A stretch of DNA of 64,000 nucleotides from Azolla caroliniana (taxonomy: Eukaryota; Plantae; Polypodiophyta). The DNA is taken from contig JBHGNT010000008.1 in NCBI GenBank assembly GCA_043228905.1, positions 4,278,001 to 4,342,000 of the forward strand, given 5' to 3'. Both the position numbers and the translations under genes were made by a program. Every line of letters starts with the position of its first letter. Position 1 is the stretch's first letter. The notes under the pieces were generated by a model. That model was given only the letters and a program-made list of their open reading frames with translations, was not told the origin of the DNA and did not search any database. Below are positions 24,348 through 36,350 of the stretch, piece after piece.

Positions 24348-25560
24348 TTACATTTCCTGTCCACTAATGGAAGCCATTGGCAGAAACAACCATCTCGGTC
24401 CTTCGTCGTTCCATTTAGGCCTTGTCGATGATTTTACCGTCATAGGAGAACCACCCCATTTCAACAGAAACTTTGACTGAGCCCTTTCTACTTCATCCGA
24501 GTTCCCTTCAATCGAGTCATATTGTTTGCACAACCAAGATACCAGCTCGAACCAAATGTTTAGCAACACTTCACCACTTGGGAGCTTTCGTTGCTGAAAA
24601 ACAAACATAAATAGCCTGGTCCAAATGTGCCATATCGATAAGTATGCCACCAACATCCATATCTCTTAAAAAACACCAGAGTTTGTGCTAGGTTTCAGTC
24701 CAACACATTGGAACACGCTGCCACCCTACACTATAAATCCATGACCTGTGGGTTTAATTGTTCCACCCAGCCTTCCCTTGTTAGCTTCAAACCCTGTAAG
24801 GACCCCCATAGAACTCTCCCATTCACACCGCATGCTGCCACTATGCTGAGACTTCTACCCCAAATGTTGATCGCCTTTGCACAATTCCAAAAACAATGAG
24901 GTATCGATTCCAAAGATTGTCCACATAACTTACAACCAGCCTCCCCACCACGACACCTCATCCACTCCCCTACAAGTATCGCCTTATGGCTAAGAAGCCA
25001 GAACCAAACCTTTATTTTTTATGGCATATCCAACGCCCATAGTCTCCTCCAAAACAATTTCAACAAGTCAACTGATATGCCTTTATCCCTCCAACTATTG
25101 CAAGTCTGAGCAGCGCCCACTGATTTGGAGCCAATGGTTTGCCTTCCTAGCTTATTACTATACTCAAAAAACCCCTCCAGTTTGTTCGTTCCCGGTTTCT
25201 GTCACCATACCTCTAATGGATCCCACTCCAAATCACACATGGGCTTGTTGTCAAATAGCCATAGTTTACAATCATTATCCAGCTTCCCTGGGTTCGGGAC
25301 CCACGTTCACTTGCCACTTCTTACCTTCCAACACTGCCACCCGCATTGCCAACCACAGGCCATTGTCAGACAAAGCACTTAGGTTTCCCCACAAGCGATA
25401 CTCATTAGATGGGCACTTGTCACAGATAATTTGTCCATCACCCTCACCTACAAACCACCCAGACCAAACCCCCTCTTCCTCGTTCAACCTTTCTAGACCA
25501 TCAACAGATTTATCTATCAGTTGGGTCACCTTTTCTAGACGTGTTAATGCCTCTCATGCA
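24348..25560 (-). mobile_element. L1-clade LINE ORF2 3' fragment (zf-RVT region)
   Basis: Minus strand KIKVWFWLLSHKAILVGEWMRCRGGEAGCKLCGQSLESIPHCFWNC is typical of the zf-RVT zinc-binding region. Trp-rich and decayed. Confidence 0.75.
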
Positions 25561-28083
25561 AGAATCAAACTATTTGTAACTTGAACCTAATATTTCTTAG
25601 TAGTGCAATCATTCATGTTGAAATCGAGAAGTTAACACTTTGCCCTTCATAATGAGATAAATATTGAAGACAAGTCTCTTTTGTTATGTTAGAAGATAAA
25701 CATTGTGAGATTTCCTAGATTGATGTAGTAGTGTGCCCACATTGTGGAGCTAAATGTGAAAAAAGTGAAGTTTAAATGTCAACAATTAATTTATTAGCAA
25801 TATGATGACATACATAGACATGGTATTTATTAAAGCTCTACGAGATCCTATGGACTTCATGTGATATTTTATTGATGACAAATGTCACACAATTAAGATG
25901 AATGCTTGCCTTTCATTAGCCTATATTGCTCAAAACGTAAAGTGAAAGACATTGCATTACACAAATCAGATCCATGTCTCGACTTGTAAGTGACTAAGAT
26001 GAGCAAGTAAAGAGAAGGATCAACATCTTTAATTGAAAGCCATCATGTGAATGTTACTACAATCATGTTTTTTGAGCTTTCTTTTTAGTTGATTTGTATA
26101 TGGTTGATTATTAATAAAACAAATATAGTGATCATTGTAAATACATGTGATAATTTCATACTTTTACTAAGTAACATTTTATGACGAGAATTTAAATGGA
26201 GATTGGATCTAGGCATATTAGGATAAAATAATGCCCTTTCGGCTGGACCATGTGGTCACCTAAAGGTGGCTTATTCACCACATGCCAGACACACTCCATT
26301 CCATTTTGGTAGGTATTTACATGAGATAGCTGGATTTGGTTGTGGGTGTATGTTGACCTCTTTACAAGTTGGAGTATGTAGCTGTGCAGACATTCTACCA
26401 ACCTACGCGTTGTATACACACTTATATATTGTGGCAACACCTAAAATAAGAAGCATTCATGATTAAATAATGACTTGAATTGACGAATTTGAAATTATGC
26501 AATTATTTATATGCCTTGGATTGACACCTAGTGATTTTTTGTTGGCTCATTTTAGGCTCCCATAAATGATTTATTTTTGTTGGCGTAGGTAGAAGCTATG
26601 TTCAATATGGATATGTGGACTGGGTTGTTAGAACTCTACATATTTTTGGAAGATTTGTTCACTCCTTGACTTTCATCCTCATTAGATTTACACCCAATTG
26701 ATGTTGTAAAAGACTCCTTACCCTACACTACATCGTCAGCCCTTTCCTCTATGCATAGCTTGTGGAAACACTTAGAGGAGTTCATTTTACAACTAAGATT
26801 TGTAATTGTGACCATGTATCCCACTTCCATCAATGTTTAAATGACTCCTCATACTTAACCTTGACACCCTCATAGATCATATCTCATATTGAAACTTCAT
26901 GTGCTTCCCACGCTTACACAAATAGATGAGTTTTTATGTGCATGTGATCCATACTTGAAATATTATTGGTCCACTCATTACATGGACACATATCCTAACA
27001 TTGTAATGCTGAGAAAAATTTCTCATTGCACACTCTCATGACGTATTTAAACGATGAAATCCACTTACGTAGACACTAGAACATCTTGATGGTTGTAATA
27101 TGCAAATTTGAAGTCATATAAATTCCTACATTGATATATATGCTAGTAGGGCAAACAAATGACCTAATTAGTGCTTAATCATTACTCAAAAATGCCATTT
27201 TTGCATGGTGTTGTGTTTAGGCAATGGGCCTGATCGCGAAGGCTAACTAATAGTTGAAGTTGATAGCAAAAAATGATGTTGTAAGTGACCAAGGAAGTTG
27301 CTTGTACAAGTAACTAGCATAAATTTCTACAAAAACATTTAAACAAGGTATCAAGGTATGGATAATAATCAACATAGTTAAAGAAAATGACGATATTATA
27401 TAAATCCTAAGACCAATATGTGCATGCATGTGTGTACACATGTGTCTGTGTGTATTGGGGGGGGGGGGTGGTTGTTGGGTATCCTCGAGGCAATTTGCAC
27501 ATGTATGAGTTACTTTGTATATTAACATGGGGGCCTTGTGAGCCTGATCCTTGGTTGGATCAGAGTTTGTCCATCCTCCTTCCCTCTCTGTCTCTTTTTC
27601 ATTGGTTTGGAAACTTTAATAATGTTATCCCAACTTTAACGAATTCCAAAATGTCAAATAAGTTTCTCACGATTGTAATTTGTAAGGGTTTATATTTCTT
27701 TTCATCCATTCACGACTCTTAACAATGTGACCATCACCATTGGATGCCATTATTTCGATAACCAACCATCCTACTTGTTGAATGCTTAAGGCATTTTTTA
27801 ACATACTTATCAACTTGAAAACCGTTGTGTGGTGTGGATCATGTTTTTTGTTTGGATGCATCTTCATATCCTTTGTTTTTGTCATCTTCTTTATCATCTT
27901 TCATATATAAATAAAGAAATAGGTTTGAACTCACTAATTTGTGAATGAGCTCAATCATGTGATCAAATTATTTCTTAATGACATTGGATATAGTTTTATA
28001 TTAATATAGAGGTGCTATGCATTCTCATTGTATTACTGAGTGATTATGGACATGACCCACCATCCATTTTTAAACAATCAACG

Positions 28084-28400
28084 ATATATTGTATCTGAAA
28101 GAGAACTAAAAGTAACTTTTACTATAACAAATATTGACAATAGATTGTATCTCAAAGAGAACTAAAAGTAATTTATACTAAAACAAAGGTCAAGGATAGA
28201 TATATCATATACAATAGATTGTATCTTAAAGAGAACTAAAAGTAATTTATATTGTAACAAATATCAATGATAGATATAACAATAGATTGTATCTCAAAGA
28301 GAACTAAAAGTAATTTATACCATAACAAATATCAACAATAGATATAACAATAGATCGTATCTCAAAGAGAACTAAAAGTAATTTATACTATAACAAATAG
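28084..28400. repeat. Minisatellite, 5 units of about 55-74 bp
   Basis: ATTGTATCTCAAAGAGAACTAAAAGTAATTTATAC core repeated five times. Confidence 0.9.
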
Positions 28401-29848
28401 AGATGTGTCATATAACAAAAAGGAAAAACTTGAACAAATTATGACAAGCACATGTTGCATGTGATATGCTATCATTTCAACCAATGATGGCAATCAATAT
28501 TCAACTTAGTATAACAGGAGGATGTTGATTAATGTTATAATTAATGATATTGAATTGTGAACAAATAAACATACTAGGCTTTCTAAAGGTAATTTTCCTT
28601 CTTTTCATTTAGAGCAATGTAGGACAAACACATATCTTGATGGAGAAAAAGTAAAGTCATTGAAAGCAAATGAGTCAACATGAAGTGGTTCACAACTTGA
28701 GGATTTACACTGGACTTTGGAAATGACTCCAATTGACAATGGCGAAGGTGCGGAATTGGAATAGTATGGAAACTTGGCTAAACGACTAACATCAATATCA
28801 ACTTGGATGCATGTTAGTAATATGGTGTGCCACACATTTTCCTTGTCATTTGTAATTTTGAACTAATTGACTCGTAATCACCCTCGATACATGTTTGTAC
28901 TTTGATGCCACACAAACATTTGCTTGTGATCAACCTAGAATAATGAAAAATTATAGTGTTGTCTGTGATGGCACGTTGATGCATGAGAAGCCATTTATGA
29001 AAATGAAGGTGATGCAAGCCAATCTTTTGATGTGTCATCACCACCTTATTGTCATGGATTGGCAATGCCATGGAAAATGATACAAATTGGTAGGCATTAT
29101 GATGTTGATACACTTGTTAAGCAAAGAATAAGTGCTCAATAAAGCATCTAGATACCTTTAGTAAACGATTCTAGGAGGAGTCTAAGGTGGTGTGGAATGC
29201 ATGCCTTGGTCATTAACTGATCTTTATGTTGGCACTTGTTGCAAGCGTTCCTCAAATAATGACTTATTGCAATTCTCTTATAGAACTTATAGAGTATGCA
29301 ATCCTTCTCATGCTAGAAAACAAAACATAGCCATATACCATCCACAAAACACACCATTGTGGTAAAGGAAGATGTTGAGGAAACAAAAATTGTGGTTGCA
29401 TTTGTCCTCTAATCTCGATGAGGGGCATGCATGTTTCTAAGAAGTAGGTCTTCATCCAAGTCTATCACCTTGGGTCGTTGGTAGGTTTAATCGACGTGTT
29501 GGTGGTAGAGATATGCATGATGGATTTGTAGTCGTCCTTGACCCCCATGCCTTTCTTACCTAACTATCGTCGCGAACAATATGCTATATTCTTGTCATGT
29601 GCAAGATGACAAACTCGAATTCTTGTAGCGTTATAAACTGTTGGGAATTCAGTCCCTCCGAATGGGATCCGGACGAGCCGGATCAGACGGGATGAAAGAA
29701 GGAACCGGACCGGATGGATCCGGAAGGTATTTGGATACCGGATTGGATGGACGTATGTTCAGACGTGACCGTTGAGGTCATATTTGTAAATAGCCCCAAA
29801 GTTATATAAGTATAAATATACTGTGATTGTGAGTGATCATCATTATTG

Positions 29849-29887
<39 letters not shown>

Positions 29888-32482
29888 TTGTAACCGCCGG
29901 TTGGCAAAGATAGAGCTCGAGGTCATTGCCTCCGAGTCTCCCATTGTACCTTTCATCTCATAGTGATAGTTGGAGTTTGTGGGCTCTCGTGATTTTTCCC
30001 AATCAGGGTTTTCCACGTTAACGTCATGTGTAATCAAGTTATTTCTGTTTTCTATTTTCTTCCATTGAGTGAGTGAGAATCGGTTGTGGCCGAACACTAT
30101 TCCAGACAATCTGGTATCACAACATGGAAGATCCATTCCACGACATGTTCAAGCTCACTGGCTTCAGTTACCCAGTGTGGAAGTCAAAGATGAGGGACAT
30201 GTTGGTGGTTAAAGATCTCTGGCTGCCGGTACAACTTGGAGACAAAAGATCAGACAAGATGATGCCACGACCTGGGAAGTAATGCACATGAAAATGACGA
30301 CATACATTCGATGCTTCATCGACATGAGCTTGTACAATAACGTTAATGAAGAGAACAAGGTCAATGAACTTTGGGAGAAGATCGGTACGATGTTGGAGAA
30401 CAAGAACGTTGTAAATCGGGTGACTCTCGATATTGTAGAAGATCGTGAGGCTCCGGTATCAAGACAACACCAGCATGGCAGAGCATAAGAATGTCTTCCA
30501 TGTGCTGACACCATTAGTTGACGAGGTACTAGTACTATTATTGCTCGGATCCCTTCTGGATACTTGGGAGACATTGGTTGTCACTCTAGGCAATGCTAGA
30601 CCGGAGGGAAAGAACTTATCCCTAGCGAGACTTAAGTCAAGTTTGCTAAACGAAGAAGCTCGTCGGAAGGACCATGAGTCCGGAACAGATCCGAAGGCCT
30701 TGGTTATGGAAGATGACCATAACCGGGGAAGAGGCCAGAATTGGAGTCCCCAGAACTAGGACAAATCAGGGACGAGGCTGAAGTCAAGGGGGAGGCCCGG
30801 TTGCTTTTATTGCGGAAAGCCGGGGCACTTCCAGAAGAATTGTTGACAGTTCCGGAAAGCCAAAGGGGGAGCCGACATTCCAGAACCAAAGAAGATTTCA
30901 GAAAGGAGGGTAATGTTGGCAATCGCGACAAGTGAAGAAGAGCTAATGCTCATCACCGAGGAAAACGAGTTACATCTTGTCAGCAATGAAACAACGTGGG
31001 TGGTCGACTCTGGAGCATTGTTCCATTTGACTCCCAGCCGGAAATGCTTCTCATCCTACAGAGCCGGTGATCACGGTTGTGTTCGGATGGGGAATGAAGG
31101 TGCATGCCGGATTGTCAGCATAAGAGACGTATGCCAGTTGCTACTGAAAGATGTACGACACGTTGTGGAGGTTTGGTTGAACTTGATATCCACCGATCGT
31201 CTAGATGATGAAGGCTACACGGGTAGCATCCGGAACGGAGTCATGAAGTTTTGCAAAGAAAGCCTGATCGTGGCCTGAGCCCGGAAGATCAACACGCCGT
31301 ATTTGATGCATGCCCGGATATGCTGGGAAGAAGTGAATGTGGTATCCAACACTACCGGTGAGTTGTGGCACAAGAGGTTGTGTCACATGAGCCAGAAAGG
31401 GATGCGTGAACTTGCCGAAGATAACCTCATTCCGAAGGTGAAAGAAGTGCAATTTGAGAAGTGCACCGATTGCTTGGCCGACAAGCAGAACCAAACCTCC
31501 TTCTGAACCCGACCACCGTCGAGACGGAATGCACCACTAGAACATGCATATCGATGTATGCCAAGTGGACACGAAATCACATCCCAAATTGAAGTACTTT
31601 GTGATGTTCATAGACGATCACAACCGGAAGCTGTGGGTCTCACCGCGGAAGATGAGAAACCATGTATTATCTTTCTTCAAGGAATTCCACACGAGGGTGG
31701 AAAAGGAAACCGGCTAGAAGCTGAAGGCGGTTCGAGCGGACAACACAGGTGAATACCGGGGGTAGTTCGAGGAGTACTACTAGTCGAAGGGAATCCGGCT
31801 TGAATTCACCGTGCCGAAGACACCAGAGTTGAATGGATTGGCCGAAAGGATGAACCAGATTGTGATGGAGAGAGTTCGGAGCATGCTTGCACATGCCAAG
31901 CTGTCCCAAACATTTTGGGCTGAGGCGCTGATGACAACGACATATGTGATAAATAGATCACCCTCAACGCCCTTTGACAAAGACACACCTCAAAGAGTAT
32001 GGACTGGTAACGACATGTCTTACCAGCACTTGAAGGTGTTCGGTTGTCTTGCCTACGTACATGTAGCAAAGGACAAGAGAGAGAAATTGAACTTGAAGTC
32101 CCGGCCATGCATATTCCTTGGATACAATGATGATGAGTTTGGCTACCGAGTGTGGGACTTGGTCGACAAAAGGTCTTCCAGAGTCGAGACATAGTCTTCA
32201 TGGAAGACAAGACCATTTTCGATTGGGAGTCGGAAAAGAAGATAGTGGACTTCGGGTCGACCGACAGAAATCGGTTGGAAGATGCAAGGACACATCCAGT
32301 TGGAAGCTGGATGTCAGCCAAAGACCATGATGAACCGGCCGGATTCAGACAAAGAACCGAACCGGCCAAAGAAGAATCAGACATGGATAAGATCCTGAAT
32401 TGGATTTGGATGAAGAACAGACGGAGGAAACGGTGGTCAAAAACCAAGGACGGAGATACCCTCTAAGAGAGAGAAGGCACCC

Positions 32483-33086
32483 GCCCGTCAGTGTAGAAGA
32501 TTCTTGGCGATAGCGAACTGGTATAACTTCTTTTTCTTTAGTTCTCCACTCTGATACTAATAGGTTTTCGGTGGCTAATCGGTAAAAATCATCCTCGACG
32601 GGAGATAAATCAACTAGTTGTTCTTCCACAGACGATTTAAACATTTTAAGGTAAGGACTCTGTAAGGATCCAAATTTGCTAATCTTTGCACGGATCACTA
32701 ATGACGAGATTAGCTCAACGTTCATCCCTTCAGATGTCTTGATCGGGCATATACGCCCGTAATGACTGAAATGACTGTCTTGAGCTTGAAAACTAGTAGT
32801 TTGTCTCGTCAACCCGCCGGGACCTAGAGAACTTAATTTCCTTCTATGAACTAGTTTTGATAGTGGATTGGTTTGGTCAAGAAATTGCGATAAGGGATGT
32901 GAACCAAAAAACTCCTTAAAAGTTGCCAGTATTGGGATGGATGTTACTAAACCCTAGGGAGTTAATTTACATGATGGATGTACGAAGATTTTGTCGAATC
33001 GAATTCTCCAAGCGGTTTCAGGCTAGCTTTAATTGTTCTTGTAGCAAGTCCGCTGTAGATCGAACATGTCGATTCTTCAAATGATC
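32483..33086 (-). pseudogene. rpoB: Nuclear plastid DNA (NUPT): fragment of plastid RNA polymerase beta subunit
   Basis: Minus strand DHLKNRHVRSTADLLQEQ...[40 protein letters not shown]...[16 protein letters not shown]...VRYRQE. Contains stops and a frameshift. Confidence 0.92.
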
Positions 33087-33387
33087 TCCCAAGGATGGAG
33101 AAAGACTGTCTCGACGTCCTCCGATTCTCGAAGATAAATGGTCTCTTCCCAAACCGAACATGGATCTTTCAATCCATTCGGCTTTCTTGACCACGCTTCT
33201 TTCTCTCCTCAGACAGGAAAAGATTATTCAACAATTTATTTTTTTACTTTTACGCATGGGCACACCACGTTCTTCTCACTATCTGTTCGACTCATACCGA
33301 ACCGAAGAGTTTCTCTTTATTTACCAACTTGATTTTTTTACCCTAGAAAACAAACAAGTATGTGCCATTTCACGAGGTGAGTGAAAA

Positions 33388-33542
33388 ACGTCGCGTTAGC
33401 AAGGAAGGGAAATGCCGCTTGTAAAGCTCTTTCGTTGAGTACGCAGTTATGACAAGACTCGAAAAAGAAGTCCCGGCTAACTCCATGCCAAATACTGCGG
33501 TAAGACGGGGGGTCAAGTGTTATTTGAAATGATTGGGTGTAA
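33388..33542 (+). pseudogene. rrn18: Nuclear mitochondrial DNA (NUMT): diverged fragment of mitochondrial SSU (18S) rRNA
   Basis: GAAGGGAAATGCCGCTTGTAAAGCTCTTTCG...AAGAAGTCCCGGCTAACTCC...GCGGTAAGACGGGGGG resembles the plant mitochondrial SSU V3/530-loop region rather than plastid 16S. Confidence 0.8.
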
Positions 33543-35924
33543 TTATTTGGTAAGTCCCGCATATTTATAGAATTTGAAAAACCTATTGGAATCTTCTAGA
33601 AATCTATCGATCCATAATGGCTGAATCCTCCCAACCATTCGGAATTCCCGATCCGGTTAGTCTACAAAAATCTGGTTAGAGTACAAAAATCTGTATAGAA
33701 ATTACTCTACTTACTTGAGGTACTTATTCTATTGCATCTTGAACTTTTAAGGATTCCCTGTATAATCATTGTGATAAATAGATAGCCTCTATCGCATAGA
33801 AACCTACAATGTCGGAAAGGGGAGGATAATGTCGCGACACAATAATGTCAAATACGTAGTTATTGAAGATTGAACCTACAACCTCACATCTACAAGTTGT
33901 CATGCTCAACCATTTTGATATGAGTATACATTTGTATATAATGGTTTAGTATTCTATAGTCTAGAATATAGTACATTTCAAAATCACAAGGATACCACAA
34001 GACGCAGGCCGACCGCTGCGTATTTGTGAAGAAGTTCGAGGGAGGATACTTCCTGATACTACTGTTGTATGTGGATGACATGTTGATCGTCAGATAGGAC
34101 CATATCAAAATCAGAATGCTAAAGAAGGCCTTGAGCCGATCATTCACAATGAAGGATATGGGTCTAGCAGGAGAGATTTTGGGGATGCACATAATACGGG
34201 ACTGGTTGAAGAAGCAGTTGTGGTTGTCACAAGAAAAGTACGTGACAAAGGTGCTACAAAGGTTCAGTATGTTGGATGCAAAGCCGGTTGGGTCAACATT
34301 TCCGACAAACTCCAAGTTGTCCGGGAAACAAAACCCGAAGACAAAGACGGAAAAGTCAAAGATGATGAAGGTACCATATGCCTCTACCATTGGAAGCTTG
34401 ATGTACGCAATGGTGTGTACCCGGCTGGATATCAGATATGCAGTCGGAGTGGTCATCCGGTTTATAAACAATCCAGGAAGACAACACTGGACTATGGTTA
34501 AGTGGATACTTCGGTACCTGAAAGGCACTTTGAGCATGTGCCTCCGATTCGGCTCTGGTAAATCCCTATTGGAAAGCTTCACCGATTCGGATATGTCAGC
34601 TAATGCAGATACCAACCGTTCTACATCCGGATATGTTATGACATATGCAGGGGGAGCCATATCGTGGCAGTTGAGGCTGTAGAAGTCCGTTACACTGTCG
34701 ACAACGGAAGCGGAGTACATGTCAGTCGTGGAAGCCGACAAAGAGGTAATCTAGATGAAGGACTTCATCGGAGAGATAGGGATCCGATAGGATGAATTCT
34801 GGCTTTATTGCAATAGTCAAAGTGCCATCCACCTCGCGAAGAACGCGGTCTACCATTCCCAGACCAAGCACATCTAGAGGAGATAACACTGGCTCCAAGA
34901 GAAAGTAGAAGATAAAGAGTTTTCACTGACGAAGATCCACACGAAGGAGAACGGGTCGGACATGCTGACCATGATGTTGTCAGCTGAGAAGTTGGACGTG
35001 TGTTGGAAATAGATAGGATTGACAAGACATCCCATGCTAGAGTGAAGGGGGAGTTTGTTGGGAATTCGGTCCCTCCGGATGGGATCCAGACGAGCTGAAT
35101 AAGACGGGACGAAGGAAGGAACCAAACTGCATGGATACAGAAGGTATCTAGACACCGGATCGGATGTATCCAGACAGAGTCCAGACGGATCCGGTATGAA
35201 CCAACAAATAGGAACAAATTGTTAAATATGTTTAGACGTGACCGTTGAGGCCATATTTGTAAATACCCCCAAAGTTATATAAGTACAAATATATTGTTAT
35301 TGTGAGTGATCATCATTATTGTTGCAGAGAGAGAGAGAGAGGTCTCTGTTGTAACCGCCGGTTGGCGAAGATAGAGCTTGAGGTCGTTGCCTCCGAGTCT
35401 CCAATTGTACCTTTCCTCTCATAGTGATAGTTAGAGTTTGTGGGCTTCCGTGGTTTTTCCCAATCAAGTTTTTCCACATTAACATCTTGTGTAGTCTTAT
35501 TTTTGTTTTCTATTTTCTTCCATTGAGTGAGTGAGACTCAGTTGTGGCCGAGCATGATTCCACACATTAACATCCAACGAGTGAATTTGCCAATGCTTGA
35601 TGCTTTGGCCACAAGATAGAGGATGTCAAAATGGTTTCAGGGGATGCAAAATTTTGACACAACAAATAGTGTCCAAACTTACTGAAATTATAGATCCTCT
35701 ATCTCCATGGTGATTAATTCATGTTTAGTTTCGATAAACTTGTTGTGAAGTTATGCTTGTGCTTGTGAAATCTGGGGGGGATCACCAAGGACTTGAATCG
35801 CAGTGGATTGGTTAACTTGAGTTTTCCAAATTCAGTGTTCAAGGATGTTGATGTCTAGATTAATGAGTGTTTTGAATTGTAGGTCAAATGTGTGTTCGTA
35901 TTTTTTGACGATAGAGGTAGGGTT

Positions 35925-36350
35925 TTAATTATGTTTAATATTAATATTAATATTAATTTATTGTTTTGATCATTGTTAATTAATTAATTCTATTATTATT
36001 ATTATTATTATTTCTTTATTTACTTATTTACTTATTTAAATAGACTATTATTAATTAATTAATTAAATTGGCTAAGATAGTTTTTTATTTACTTATTTAA
36101 ATTATAAATAACAGTATCAAATTATTATTATCTTATGTCTATATTACTTGATTCTACTATTACTATTACTATTACTATTATTATTACCAATATGTTTTAC
36201 TATTTATTTATTGTTATTGTTAGTCGAATTCTTTATCTATTATTTATTTATTTATTTTATCTCTATATATTTCTTTGCTTATTTATTTATTTATACTATG
36301 CTATAATAATAATAATAATAATAATATTGTTATTATTATTTAGTTATTAA
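35925..36350. repeat. Extremely AT-rich low-complexity tract
   Basis: (TAT)n, (TTTA)n and (ATA)n runs. Confidence 0.9.

Larger units (their letters stand above)
29639..35566 (+). mobile_element. Decayed Tnt1-like Ty1/copia LTR retrotransposon
   Basis: LTRs 29639-30108 and 35056-35566 (TG...CA, clearly diverged). Near-TSD TAAAC/TTAAC, degenerate PBS TGGTATCA at 30112, PPT GAAGGGGGAG. Gag, protease (WVVDSGA), integrase (TPELNGLAERMN), RT (LLYVDDM, LSQEKY) and RNase H remnants with many stops. Confidence 0.92.

Noticed and set aside
25600-29600. Possible old TE remnants here and at 36360-40400
   Set aside because: Too decayed to assign termini or domains by eye.
32345-32812. Functional nuclear or bacterial (HGT) RNA polymerase gene
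   Set aside because: A partial plastid-type rpoB with stops and a frameshift, embedded in a dead copia.
33543-33720. Possible ycf1/ycf2-like plastid coding fragment on the minus strand
   Set aside because: No motif I can recognise with confidence. It needs a BLAST against the plastome.
36135-36350. Hydrophobic 71-aa membrane-protein-like ORF
   Set aside because: Artefact of AT-rich low-complexity sequence.
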